Source of the DNA: an uncultured virus (IMG/VR IMGVR_UViG_3300001282_000003)
Taxonomy: Duplodnaviria > Heunggongvirae > Uroviricota > Caudoviricetes
Strand: one strand, 5' to 3'
Length of the DNA: 64,000 bases
Virus record (IMG/VR): IMGVR_UViG_3300001282_000003
Shown: positions 32,474 to 42,170 of the stretch, piece after piece
Layout: every line of letters starts with the position of its first letter
Numbering within the stretch: the stretch's first letter is position 1
Made by a program: the position numbers and the translations under genes
The notes under the pieces: model-generated
The model's input: only the letters and a program-made list of their open reading frames with translations
Database searches by the model: none
Told to the model about the DNA's origin: nothing

Positions 32474-33729
32474 TATAAGTTTAATAATATTTTAAATGAA
32501 TAATCATTAACATCAGTATCATCATCATACATTCTGTCAAATCTTGCCATATCAAAAACAACTTCTTCATAATCTAACTCTGGTAAAATACTTAACAAAG
32601 CTTCATCTATATCTGATTCTAATTTTTTAAGATTCATTTTACCTGTTAAATGTGAGTTATCATATCCACCTATGTTTATATTAATAGCTGGTTTATACAT
32701 ATCTAAAACTTTATCAACTGAATAATCTTTTTTCTTTTTAATATCATAACTGTGAATTGTAACGCTTCTTCTTTCATTGCCTGGAAATTCATCACCGTCT
32801 TTGAATCCATAATTATCAATATCAAAATTGACACAATTCCATTTTTTATCAGTTACATAATACTGTTCGTCACTTCTTCTTAACATTGTATTTGGGTAAC
32901 TACCAATATTTAAAGTTGGTGAAATAATATCTATTAATATATGTTTAACTATTCTTAACTTAGATTCTTCATTTACATTCATAACAGATATTAAACCATT
33001 GTATTTATTCTTATTTGGTTTATCATGATTTTCATAATTGCCATAAGCTATACATAAAACTGAATACTTATCTTTAGCAGATGGAATCTCATCATAAACA
33101 TCATACATTCTATCATTTACGGTTTCAATATCAACCTTTGATAGTGAATTAAACATTTTATCAACTAAAGAAGTAATTTTTTGCCAATAACCTTCTCCAA
33201 TAAAATGTTCTGTATTTAATCTAAGAGATGATTCACTTACTTTATTGTTACTACGACCCCATTGAGAAGATTTTATATCTTCAAACCAATCATAGATACC
33301 ATAATTCATTTGATTAGATTCTTGAATTTTATCAGCTGAAAAAATAGTTTCTAATTTAGGCATCTCATCATATATTTCAAACTTATCATATCCATATTTT
33401 TTATAGTCTTCTGGTATAAGTATTAAATAATTATCATTAGGATTTTTAGTAAATTGTTTAATAGCAAAATCTATAACTTTATCATGTATCATAGGAGCAA
33501 TATGAGCTTCAATATTAGAATCAAAATAAACTACTTTAACATTCAAGTCTTTTGATTTTGCCCATTTGTAAAACTCATTGGTAAACCAAGCACAATTGGC
33601 TTTATTTTTATCAAATGATTCTCCAAATCTAAGACTATAAACTTTAGACATATCAGTAATAAACTGATTAGCTATAGTTTCTAACTTAAACATCGATTCA
33701 AATATTTTATATTTAGTTAAATGTCTCAT
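32473..33729 (-). CDS. tagged protein (MRHLTKYKIFES) with a putative Cys-His-Asp papain/transglutaminase-like N-domain
   Basis: ANCAWF...EAHIAP...VIDF..KQF, then internal IQES and VSES sites. Confidence 0.55.
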   Translation of the reverse strand: MRHLTKYKIFESMFKLETIANQFITDMSKVYSLRFGESFDKNKANCAWFTNEFYKWAKSKDLNVKVVYFDSNIEAHIAPMIHDKVIDFAIKQFTKNPNDNYLILIPEDYKKYGYDKFEIYDEMPKLETIFSADKIQESNQMNYGIYDWFEDIKSSQWGRSNNKVSESSLRLNTEHFIGEGYWQKITSLVDKMFNSLSKVDIETVNDRMYDVYDEIPSAKDKYSVLCIAYGNYENHDKPNKNKYNGLISVMNVNEESKLRIVKHILIDIISPTLNIGSYPNTMLRRSDEQYYVTDKKWNCVNFDIDNYGFKDGDEFPGNERRSVTIHSYDIKKKKDYSVDKVLDMYKPAININIGGYDNSHLTGKMNLKKLESDIDEALLSILPELDYEEVVFDMARFDRMYDDDTDVNDYSFKILLNL

Positions 33730-34577
33730 TCTAAGTTAAGTTCTTTTAATATTTCTGTTACTTTATCAAGTCTTATCATTATTGACTCATCTTCAAACCA
33801 AGATTCAAGAGCTTCTGATTCATTTGTATCAAGTTGAGAATACATATTCATTACACCTACTATATCTGTTAGTTTGAAGTTATTATTTTTTGGATCTAAT
33901 AATATATTTAAGTTTTCTAATAGGTTTAGACTATCATCCCATAAAACTTCATAATCAGTTGTAAAGTATTTACTTATTATGTGTTCAGATGCTTCTGAGC
34001 CTTCTAAAAACGATTTTAGTTCGTTCCAATTTGTATTTAATGATGGTTTAACATTTCTGTCTAGTTCATTAACAAGTAATGTCATATAATAAGCAATTGA
34101 TGGTCTATCCAAATCTTCCTCTATAAAATCTTCATCTTTTGGTAAATTTGAAAAACAATTCCAAAAATCACTTCTATCACCAGTGGCTACCATAGTATCA
34201 TCAAAAGGAATAATAACATAATCAACTGATGGTCCTTTGATAAATCCACCACCATGTGACAATGCTCTATATGAAGAAGCACATATTAATGATTTGTTTC
34301 TTCTGGGCCAGTCTTTCCAAGATTCTAAATTAGAGATTAATAGATTGTGATAGTTTTTAAAAGCATAAGGGGCAATTCTATCTTGTGATGAAATCTTTGG
34401 ATTAACTAATAAAAAGTCACCACGATTTTCATCTTTTCTATAAATTAAACAACCTTCAGTATAGTCTTTTCCCCAATTAAGAAATTTCTTACATTTTGTC
34501 ATAAGTATCTCAATTACTTCGTCTTTTGTCAACGTAGTAGTATTTAGACTTTCATTTATGCTCTTTAAATGTTTCAT
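33726..34577 (-). CDS. tagged protein (MKHLKSINES), possible ADP-ribosyltransferase-like fold
   Basis: IYR...RNKSLICASS...YVIIP...ESW loosely matches the R-S-E layout; function uncertain. Confidence 0.4.
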   Translation of the reverse strand: MKHLKSINESLNTTTLTKDEVIEILMTKCKKFLNWGKDYTEGCLIYRKDENRGDFLLVNPKISSQDRIAPYAFKNYHNLLISNLESWKDWPRRNKSLICASSYRALSHGGGFIKGPSVDYVIIPFDDTMVATGDRSDFWNCFSNLPKDEDFIEEDLDRPSIAYYMTLLVNELDRNVKPSLNTNWNELKSFLEGSEASEHIISKYFTTDYEVLWDDSLNLLENLNILLDPKNNNFKLTDIVGVMNMYSQLDTNESEALESWFEDESIMIRLDKVTEILKELNLE

Positions 34578-35894
34578 TTATTTACTTGCTTTAATAACTT
34601 TAATTCTTTCAGTTTGATATTTCATAATATCAACTTCTTGATGTTGCTTTAAGAAGTCAACCATCTTTTGATACATTTGAATTGTAATTCTACAATCAGT
34701 TAAGGCATCGTGATAGTTAGTCATATTAATTCCAAGAGCTGGTCCTACTTTAGACATAGAAGATGAAATTAAACCACCATCTCTTGATGATGTTCCAATA
34801 AAGTCAATTATATCTTTATATTTAGAATCTACTTCAGATAGTTTTTGTAAAAGTGGTAAATAATATAATTGAATTAGCATCTTAGTATCAAATACTTCAT
34901 TATTAATTTTATGACCATATCTACCAGCCAACATTGCCATATCAAAACCAGCATTCTGTGCTATAAATAAACAAGGCTCATAATTGCCAGTCCAATCAAA
35001 GAATTTATCTAATATCTCTTGTTCATTTTTGTATTTGTATTTACCTGAACCATAATGATTGAATCCTAATACCCATTTAGTTCTATCTTCTGGTGTACTA
35101 AATTTAGATTTAGTTTCATCTGTTAATTTAATCTTCTCATCAAATAATCCTAATTCATTAAATGTATTTGATTGAAAACTATAATCAGTTGCTAAAGCAG
35201 ATACTTGAGTTAATTGTTGTTGTTTAGGTCCACCTAAGCCTGTTGTTTCTGTATCTATCCAAAGCCATGTCATTTTAGATTTAGATTCTAACCATTCTAA
35301 TATTTGTGGAATAGTTTTATACCACATTTTATTTTCATTTAGTGATTCAACTATACCTTGATTGTATTTGAAATTTACTTTTTCACCACTTGGCATTGAA
35401 TAAGTTATATTATCAACATTCTTAACTTCATATTTATATTCTGGTTTAACATATTTCTTACCAGTTCCTTTGTTAACATAAGCGATTGTTATATGTGGTT
35501 TGTAATCAGGGAAACTATTTGAGTTAGGAAACTCAGAAAGTTTATCATGTAAATCTTGAAGAGCACCATCAGGGTTAACATTAAACTTAACAACATCATA
35601 GTCTTTGTTTTCAAAAACACCAATACCATCAACTTCTATATTAATACTTCCTGTAAATCCTTCAAATACAGATTTAACATCTTCTTCTGTTACACCTTCA
35701 TGTAAGCCGTATAATATAGTAACATGTGGATTTTCTTGAATACCGTGAGCGTCATCACCACCAGTGTAAACATCTTCTGGATTAATGTAACTTGTTATCT
35801 CATCCCAGTTACTAACTGGAACTTCAACCATTACACAGCCATATTCATAACCAGATGATTCTTTTATAAATTGTATATAACTTTTAATTATCAT
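34578..35894 (-). CDS. tagged fusion of a 2H phosphoesterase (Acb1/LigT-like) and a DEDDh 3'-5' exonuclease
   Basis: PHVTILYG and PDYKPHITIAY (two HxT motifs); WIDTETTGL, AQNAGFD, YHDALTD; N-terminus MIIKSYIQFIKES. Confidence 0.85.
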   Translation of the reverse strand: MIIKSYIQFIKESSGYEYGCVMVEVPVSNWDEITSYINPEDVYTGGDDAHGIQENPHVTILYGLHEGVTEEDVKSVFEGFTGSINIEVDGIGVFENKDYDVVKFNVNPDGALQDLHDKLSEFPNSNSFPDYKPHITIAYVNKGTGKKYVKPEYKYEVKNVDNITYSMPSGEKVNFKYNQGIVESLNENKMWYKTIPQILEWLESKSKMTWLWIDTETTGLGGPKQQQLTQVSALATDYSFQSNTFNELGLFDEKIKLTDETKSKFSTPEDRTKWVLGFNHYGSGKYKYKNEQEILDKFFDWTGNYEPCLFIAQNAGFDMAMLAGRYGHKINNEVFDTKMLIQLYYLPLLQKLSEVDSKYKDIIDFIGTSSRDGGLISSSMSKVGPALGINMTNYHDALTDCRITIQMYQKMVDFLKQHQEVDIMKYQTERIKVIKASK

Positions 35895-36325
35895 ATTCTA
35901 CCTTGTATTATTATTCTTCTTTCACCACCTCTATTATTATATGAAAATCTGAAATCAAGTCCAGTTTCATCATGTAATCTTTTTACAGCAACTAAGAAAT
36001 CTTTACCGTCTTCACTATCTGTTTCGTCTTCATTCATTTCCCAATTAATAGAACCATCTGATTTAATTTCACCGGTAATATCAATGTTTTTTTCATAAGG
36101 ATTTTTATTTAGAGTCCAGTTTCTTGGATCAGATTCTTCTTTATTCATCATTCTACAATTAAAGTTTGGATTTTGCCAAACAGATATGCCCGATCCATAA
36201 GAAACATCTGATATCCAATGCCAACCATTATCTTCAAATTCTTGAAAACAATCTTTTATAGAATCAAGAACTTGCTGATAGATTTGATTTTCGATTGATT
36301 CATTAAAACTTTTAAGATATTTCAT
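35891..36325 (-). CDS. hypothetical protein with N-terminal tag MKYLKSFNES
   Basis: Start moved to ATG 36325, 7 nt from TAATATATA (36333..36341). Confidence 0.75.
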   Translation of the reverse strand: MKYLKSFNESIENQIYQQVLDSIKDCFQEFEDNGWHWISDVSYGSGISVWQNPNFNCRMMNKEESDPRNWTLNKNPYEKNIDITGEIKSDGSINWEMNEDETDSEDGKDFLVAVKRLHDETGLDFRFSYNNRGGERRIIIQGRI

Positions 36326-36341
36326 ATATCTATATATATTA

Positions 36342-36373
36342 TTTGGTGTAATCAAAATTAATTTATATCTTTG
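36342..36373 (+). promoter_or_regulatory. Bacteroidota sigma-A type promoter (TTTG-N20-TATCTTTG)
   Basis: TTTG at 36342, TATCTTTG at 36366, 20 nt spacer. Confidence 0.75.
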
Positions 36374-36382
36374 TATTGTTAA

Positions 36383-36721
36383 TTTCTTCTTAGATCTATC
36401 CCTTACGATATGGTATCCAATGAATTGAGAGAGTTGTGGGTGCCAATCATTTACGATGGTACTCTTAACTTAGAATCTAAAGAAGTAGTTCTTTACGAAG
36501 ATGAGTCAAGAGGAATCCGTAAGACAAGAGTTGACTTCATCCTTCCAAAAGATGTCGTAGAACTTTGTAAGGGAAAAGAGTTAGTGTCTGGTAAAGAATT
36601 ACATATCCGTGAAGGTATTGTACTTCGTCCTTACATTGACCGTGATGCTAGAGATGGTACTAAACTTAGGTTGAAAATCATCAACCCGGCATACAAAGAA
36701 ACCGGGGAAGAAATTAACTAA
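36383..36721 (+). pseudogene. 5'-truncated RNA ligase fragment (Rnl2/DRB0094-like C-terminal part)
   Basis: VPIIYDG...HIREGIVLRP...LKIINPAY are ligase motifs IV and V; no motif I KxxG upstream; in-frame stop at 36380. Confidence 0.65.
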
Positions 36722-36724
36722 AAG

Positions 36725-36756
36725 AAAAAACCCACTCATTTGAGTGGGTTTTTTTT
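36725..36756. terminator. bidirectional terminator AAAAAACCCACTC-attt-GAGTGGGTTTTTT
   Basis: Perfect stem between convergent genes; near-identical copies at 43744 and 58807. Confidence 0.88.
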
Positions 36757-37039
36757 ATTCTTCTCTATGAACTAATTTAATTTCATCTTCCCATCCTTCT
36801 GGAAGTTCTTCTTCCGGTTCTTGGTCAAATCCAAAATCCATTCCAACTAGATAGTTCATAACTGAATCAATCATAATATCATCAGCTCCTCTTTCTTTCA
36901 TATAAGCTTCATAGTCTTCTACTGTGTAGTAACCTTTTTCAGCCTGAAGTTTCTTTAATTCTGCTAATATACTAACAGCGATATCTTCATGAATATCTGA
37001 TGATTGTCCATAAGCTTCGAATGTTTTTAAGTATTTCAT
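36755..37039 (-). CDS. hypothetical acidic protein with tag MKYLKTFEA
   Basis: Shared N-terminal motif. Confidence 0.75.
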   Translation of the reverse strand: MKYLKTFEAYGQSSDIHEDIAVSILAELKKLQAEKGYYTVEDYEAYMKERGADDIMIDSVMNYLVGMDFGFDQEPEEELPEGWEDEIKLVHREE

Positions 37040-37041
37040 AA

Positions 37042-37473
37042 TTATCTAAAAATTTTTGAGTTAAATATATTATCTGATAATAAGTAATCAAAAGTTTGAC
37101 TTACTTCTCCTTTACTTAAATCAGAATATTCTGTATCTAAAAGTAATTTAATTTTAGAATAAAGTTTAACTTGTTGGTCATTAAGTTTACCACCTTCTAA
37201 ATCTTCTTCTTCTGATAATATTTCATCTAAGATTATTTCTAAGAATTTATTAGGATCAGATATACGACCACTATCAATAACTTGTTGAATTTCTTCAGAT
37301 GTAAATGTTAATTCATTACATAAGTCACCTAATTCAGAAAGAATATCAGCCTTAGAAGGTTCATCACCTTGTTCAAATTCACTTTCATCATAGTTAATAA
37401 TCTTATCAGCTAATTTGATAAATTCTTCAATTCTATCAAATGATGCTTCGTTAAATTTCTTTAAGTATTTCAT
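37042..37473 (-). CDS. hypothetical acidic protein with tag MKYLKKFNEA
   Basis: Shared N-terminal motif. Confidence 0.75.
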   Translation of the reverse strand: MKYLKKFNEASFDRIEEFIKLADKIINYDESEFEQGDEPSKADILSELGDLCNELTFTSEEIQQVIDSGRISDPNKFLEIILDEILSEEEDLEGGKLNDQQVKLYSKIKLLLDTEYSDLSKGEVSQTFDYLLSDNIFNSKIFR

Positions 37474-37994
37474 TATTTACTTTTCTTTTTTGATTCACCA
37501 GAAAATGGACTTAATAAATGCTTTAGATTCCAAGAAGATACAAACTTTTTGTTGTGTTTTTGATAATCTTCATATGATTCAATTCCAGAATCAATTGGAT
37601 TTTGAATGTATTGAATATTAGCACCTTGTTTATTCATATCAGATATTCTATTACCAATGTCAGTTTTAGCTGATTGTTTCATAACTCTTTTAAGTTGGTC
37701 TACAGTTTGTTGTCTTGGTAAAGATTCATTTGTTTCAATTGCTACATCAACTGTGCCATCTTCGTTAAATTGTGCTAACCAAGGACTATCACATATACTA
37801 ATAGATTGACCTACTAACTCAGGATTGATATTTTCTGGTCCAAACTCTTTAACAGTTTTTACACCATCTTCATCAATAACAAAATGAAATTCATCACCTT
37901 TATTTTTATCAATAAGACCTTTGATTCTACCTGCTACAGATATGAACTCAGTTACACCACCATAAGGTTTAAGTCTAGCTCTAATAATTTTCAT
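37473..37994 (-). CDS. hypothetical late protein
   Basis: TTAATATATA 4 nt upstream of the ATG; internal ETNES site. Confidence 0.75.
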   Translation of the reverse strand: MKIIRARLKPYGGVTEFISVAGRIKGLIDKNKGDEFHFVIDEDGVKTVKEFGPENINPELVGQSISICDSPWLAQFNEDGTVDVAIETNESLPRQQTVDQLKRVMKQSAKTDIGNRISDMNKQGANIQYIQNPIDSGIESYEDYQKHNKKFVSSWNLKHLLSPFSGESKKKSK

Positions 37995-38027
37995 AAGATA
38001 TATATTAAATAAAAAAACCCAATTTGA

Positions 38028-38891
38028 TTATTGGGTTAATTTTTTGAAATCATTTACTTTGATTCCGTGAAATATCATAACTGATTGATTGGTCATTTGA
38101 TTGGTCATTTTATTTTGAGCAATAAAATAAGATTTATCAAATAATCCACTTTCGTATAATCTATAACAATCTAGTATATCTTCAAATCTAGAATTATCTA
38201 TCTTTCTTATATCAACAATTCCATTACTTATACAAGCGGTTCCTAAGTTTCCATTTTGATTATAAGACCAAAGTGTGACATTATAAATTTCTTCATCACC
38301 AGTGGCTATATTTCTAAGTTTATCATTATTAGTATAGTTATTCCAATCTAGTAAAAAATCTAAATGTCTTTTGCTATAAACTATCATACAGTTTTGTGAC
38401 CAAAGCTTGCCTGATCTTTCCATTGATAACTCTTCGCATAAGTCACCACCAAAACATTTTATATTATTAGGGTCTCTATAATCCATAGGAAATTCCCAAA
38501 AGTGTTGAGGTGATAGTGGTGTATTTGATTTTTCTATTTGAGAAAATAAAATTTCTGAATTGAAATTTTTAGTAACTAATACATCTAAATCTAAATAGAT
38601 GAAATTATCAGAATCTATATCAATTAAAGATTTAATTAAAATATTTGGTTTAAGAAAAACCGGATTAAATTCTGATTTTGTAGATGAAGAAACATGTCTA
38701 TCACCTCTTTTAAATGTTTTATTGGTATTAAATTGATTTATAATTAAATTGTCTCCTTTGATATTAGATTCATAGTTAACTGAATAATAATGTAAAGTAA
38801 ATTCTTCATTACATTTATCAACAAGTGATTTATAAAAATATTCTAATAACTCTTCACAGTTATCAGTACCAAAAGAAACAAAATTAATCAT
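38028..38891 (-). CDS. GT8-like glycosyltransferase
   Basis: LKP, FIYLDLDVLV, GDEEIYN, IFHGIK. Confidence 0.65.
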   Translation of the reverse strand: MINFVSFGTDNCEELLEYFYKSLVDKCNEEFTLHYYSVNYESNIKGDNLIINQFNTNKTFKRGDRHVSSSTKSEFNPVFLKPNILIKSLIDIDSDNFIYLDLDVLVTKNFNSEILFSQIEKSNTPLSPQHFWEFPMDYRDPNNIKCFGGDLCEELSMERSGKLWSQNCMIVYSKRHLDFLLDWNNYTNNDKLRNIATGDEEIYNVTLWSYNQNGNLGTACISNGIVDIRKIDNSRFEDILDCYRLYESGLFDKSYFIAQNKMTNQMTNQSVMIFHGIKVNDFKKLTQ

Positions 38892-38893
38892 AA

Positions 38894-39850
38894 TTAAAAA
38901 TCATTATCTAAGTTATCGAAGTCGATAGCTTTGTCAGATACTTTTTGGTATTCAGCAACTCTTTTCTCAAAGAAGTTAGTTTTACCTTGTAAAGAAATCA
39001 TATCCATAAAGTCAAAAGGATTTTCAACATTATAAACCTTTGAACAACCTAAAGCTTGTAACCAGAAGTCAGCAGTAAACTCAATGTATTGTTCCATTAG
39101 TTTAGAGTTCATTCCAATTAAAGACACTGGTAAAGATTCTGTAATGAATGTTCTTTCAATATCAACTGCTGAACAGATGATTTCTTTGATTCTTTCTTCT
39201 GATACTTTATCTTTAATGTATCTGTTGTGTAACAAACAAGCAAACTGACAATGTAAAGCTTCATCTCTAGAGATTAACTCATTAGAAAATGATAGACCCG
39301 GCATTAAACCTCTTTTCTTCAACCAAAAGATAGAACAGAATGATCCTGAGAAGAAGATACCTTCAACTGCCGCAAAAGCAATTAATCTTTCATCAAGTGA
39401 ATCAGATTCAATCCATTTCAAAGCCCAATCAGCTTTTTCTTTAATAGAAGGAAAGTTATCAATTGCGTGAAATAATCTATCTTTCTCAGCTGAATCCTTA
39501 ATATAAGTATCAATTAATAAAGAATATGTTTCAGAGTGAATATTCTCCATAGCGATTTGAAAACCATAAAATGATTTCGCCTCTGGATATTGAACTTCTT
39601 TCAAAAAGTTTTCAGCTAAGTTTTCGTTTACGATACCATCAGATGCCGCAAAGAAAGCTAGAACCATTTTAATAAAGTGTTGTTCATTCTCATTTAATTT
39701 TTCGTTCCAATCGGTTAAATCTTGAGCTAAGTCAATTTCTTCAGCTGTCCAGAATGAATGTTGTTGAGTTTTATACATTTCCCAAATATCGTGATATTTT
39801 AAGGGAAACATTACAAAACGGTCTTTGTTTTCTTGTAGTATATGTTCCAT
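38894..39850 (-). CDS. nrdB: ribonucleotide reductase class Ia beta subunit
   Basis: [57 protein letters not shown]. Confidence 0.97.
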   Translation of the reverse strand: MEHILQENKDRFVMFPLKYHDIWEMYKTQQHSFWTAEEIDLAQDLTDWNEKLNENEQHFIKMVLAFFAASDGIVNENLAENFLKEVQYPEAKSFYGFQIAMENIHSETYSLLIDTYIKDSAEKDRLFHAIDNFPSIKEKADWALKWIESDSLDERLIAFAAVEGIFFSGSFCSIFWLKKRGLMPGLSFSNELISRDEALHCQFACLLHNRYIKDKVSEERIKEIICSAVDIERTFITESLPVSLIGMNSKLMEQYIEFTADFWLQALGCSKVYNVENPFDFMDMISLQGKTNFFEKRVAEYQKVSDKAIDFDNLDNDF

Positions 39851-39924
39851 GTTTTTAATTTTGTTTGTTTTTTTTATATAAGTATTTATTAATAATGTTT
39901 AGTTACTTGCTGTTTAAAAATAAA

Positions 39925-39952
39925 AAAAAGCATCAATTATATTGATGCTTTA
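39925..39952 (-). terminator. terminator downstream of deoC
   Basis: AAAGCATCAAT-tat-ATTGATGCTTT with an upstream A tract. Confidence 0.7.
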
Positions 39953-39969
39953 TATTGAAGTAAAAAATA

Positions 39970-40731
39970 TTAATAAGAAGAAGTATTATCTACCGTTAAA
40001 TTGTTTAATTTATCTACAGCAGCATAGCCCATTCCAAATCTATCAACAATACCTAACATAGAGTTAATCTGTTCAGCTGTTCTAACACCACCGGAAGCTT
40101 TAATCTTCATATCAGATTCATACTCTTTTATAGTATCATACATTATCTTAATTTTATTCATTTCGGCACCAACAGGAACTTTACCTGTGGATGTTTTGAT
40201 AAAATCAGCTCCTGCTTCCATACAGATGTGAGTTGCTATTTTAGTTTCATCTTCTGTTAAAACACCAGACTCAACAATAACTTTTAAGATAATAGGTTCG
40301 CCATTTTTATTTTTACTTGAATGACAAATATCAACTAATGTAGAAACCTCTTCTACTAAATAATCTACTTCATATAAATGGTCTTTACCTTGAAGTTCGT
40401 GATAGTTAAGAACCATATCTACTTCATCAGCGCCATTAGAAATAACTTGATTAGTTTCTGATATTTTTTGTTTTATTGTATTTGTACCTTCTGGAAAAGA
40501 AACAACAGTACAAACAAGAACTTTTGAATTTTCTAATTGTTTTGCCGCTAAAGCAACATGTTTTGGAAGAACACAAACAGATTTAACACTTAACATATTA
40601 GCTTTTTCACAAAGCTCAATAATATCTTGGTCTGTAGCAGATTCTTCTAATAAAGTATAATCAATCATATCATTATACTGGAACATTGTGTTCTCTTTAA
40701 TAAATTGTATGTAGTTCTTAATCTTTTTCAT
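39970..40731 (-). CDS. deoC: deoxyribose-phosphate aldolase with N-terminal tag MKKIKNYIQFIKEN
   Basis: IDYTLL, CTVVSFPEG, GADEVDMV, LKVIVE, GADFIKTSTG, IKASGGVR. Confidence 0.93.
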   Translation of the reverse strand: MKKIKNYIQFIKENTMFQYNDMIDYTLLEESATDQDIIELCEKANMLSVKSVCVLPKHVALAAKQLENSKVLVCTVVSFPEGTNTIKQKISETNQVISNGADEVDMVLNYHELQGKDHLYEVDYLVEEVSTLVDICHSSKNKNGEPIILKVIVESGVLTEDETKIATHICMEAGADFIKTSTGKVPVGAEMNKIKIMYDTIKEYESDMKIKASGGVRTAEQINSMLGIVDRFGMGYAAVDKLNNLTVDNTSSY

Positions 40732-40732
40732 A

Positions 40733-41716
40733 TTACTTTTCAAAATTTGCCATTGTTTTTACAAATAACTTCATATCTTCATCAGTTCTCATAATTTTAG
40801 AAACGTGAGGAAGATTCCAAGGTGAGTGACCAGAGATTTTCCAACCATCGATATACCAAGCAAACATTGGTTTGTTTAAGAACGATGTTTGTTGTAATTC
40901 ACCAAATGTACCACCACTTGTTACATCATTAAATCCTACAAATACAGCATCACATTTATTTACTATTAACTCATCTTCTGGCTCGATTGTTTGAGAGAAG
41001 ATTCTTGATATTTCATCAAATTGTCTTGGATCTTTAGTTTCTTCATATTCACCAGATTTGAACTTACCCATTTCTTTACCAAAATTAGGATTCTTAGTTC
41101 TATCCATTTCTTTTCTAACTGGATTTAAGATAGCTGGTCTATCATAATATTTAAGAGTGTAGTTATTACCACTATCAACAAATTGTGCTAAATGGTCACC
41201 ATCCACAACATAAGCGGGTTTTAAGACAATATTTTCACCGTGATAAGGAATAGTAATCTTTTCCATTTCTTCATAAGAAACACCTTTATTAACAACTTCA
41301 AATTCATATTCAACTTGTGCTCTCCAGCCTGCTCCAACATCTTTAGCTTTGTCCATACCACCGGCAAGGTATAAAGAATTCAATTCAAAAGCTCTAAAGT
41401 TCTTTTTGATATCATCTAAAGTTGTTAAGTCAAAAAGATCTAATTTACCAATCAATTCAGTATAGAATCTTTTTTTCTTATTAACAATATAGTTCATTAT
41501 CTTTTCATCAAACCATTTAACAAGTCTGTCTTTAATATCACTAAAGAAACCTTCGTTTAGTGATTCAGTTGTTAAAAGTGGAGTTAAATCTTTTTTAAGA
41601 TTTGAAATTTCACTTGATGGGATATTTTTAGCAATATAATTAAGTATTGCTTCTAAGTCTTTTTGGTCTTTTGAATCTTCATATGACTCGTTGAATTGCT
41701 GCCAGTTTTGGATCAT
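40733..41716 (-). CDS. nucleoside 2-deoxyribosyltransferase/dNMP N-glycosidase-like protein with tag MIQNWQQFNES
   Basis: LYLAGGM...WR, ILNP, DELIVNKCDAV, SGGTFGEL; start moved to ATG 41716. Confidence 0.7.
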   Translation of the reverse strand: MIQNWQQFNESYEDSKDQKDLEAILNYIAKNIPSSEISNLKKDLTPLLTTESLNEGFFSDIKDRLVKWFDEKIMNYIVNKKKRFYTELIGKLDLFDLTTLDDIKKNFRAFELNSLYLAGGMDKAKDVGAGWRAQVEYEFEVVNKGVSYEEMEKITIPYHGENIVLKPAYVVDGDHLAQFVDSGNNYTLKYYDRPAILNPVRKEMDRTKNPNFGKEMGKFKSGEYEETKDPRQFDEISRIFSQTIEPEDELIVNKCDAVFVGFNDVTSGGTFGELQQTSFLNKPMFAWYIDGWKISGHSPWNLPHVSKIMRTDEDMKLFVKTMANFEK

Positions 41717-41771
41717 AAAAATATTTTGTGTTTTGTGTATATATTTAATTTTCATTTGTATATTTGTAACT

Positions 41772-42170
41772 ATGAAACTGTATTATAATGGCAGAGGGTA
41801 TCCTGTACAGTGGAAATCCTTGATGAGAAAAGATATGTGGTATAATATGGAACCTGTGAAAATAAAATTCACACTTCCAGAATCTTTATATAAAGCAATT
41901 CTCATAGATATTAAATTAAATAAAGATGAGCATCGAGATATCTTTTCATTTAATCTACTCTTAAATAAAGATGAAATGTCTAGAGATCGTGATAAACTTG
42001 TTGTAGAAACAAATGAGTATTGGAAGATTGATGCTTGTGTAGATAGAGTTTCAATTACTTCTCGATTTAGAAATGGTGATGTGGTTGCTATATTTGAAGT
42101 TTCAATATTTGAAGAAGAAGAATTAGACAAATCTGAATTAAGAGAAATATTATTAAATGAACTTGTTTAA
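41772..42170 (+). CDS. hypothetical protein with C-terminal LREILLNELV tag
   Basis: ATG 41772 follows TATATTTG (41759..41766). Confidence 0.7.
   Translation: MKLYYNGRGYPVQWKSLMRKDMWYNMEPVKIKFTLPESLYKAILIDIKLNKDEHRDIFSFNLLLNKDEMSRDRDKLVVETNEYWKIDACVDRVSITSRFRNGDVVAIFEVSIFEEEELDKSELREILLNELV

Noticed and set aside
38086..38110. 12 nt tandem duplication (MTNQMTNQ), and the (TTA)n run near 27848
   Set aside because: Short in-frame slippage repeats with no sign of wider structure
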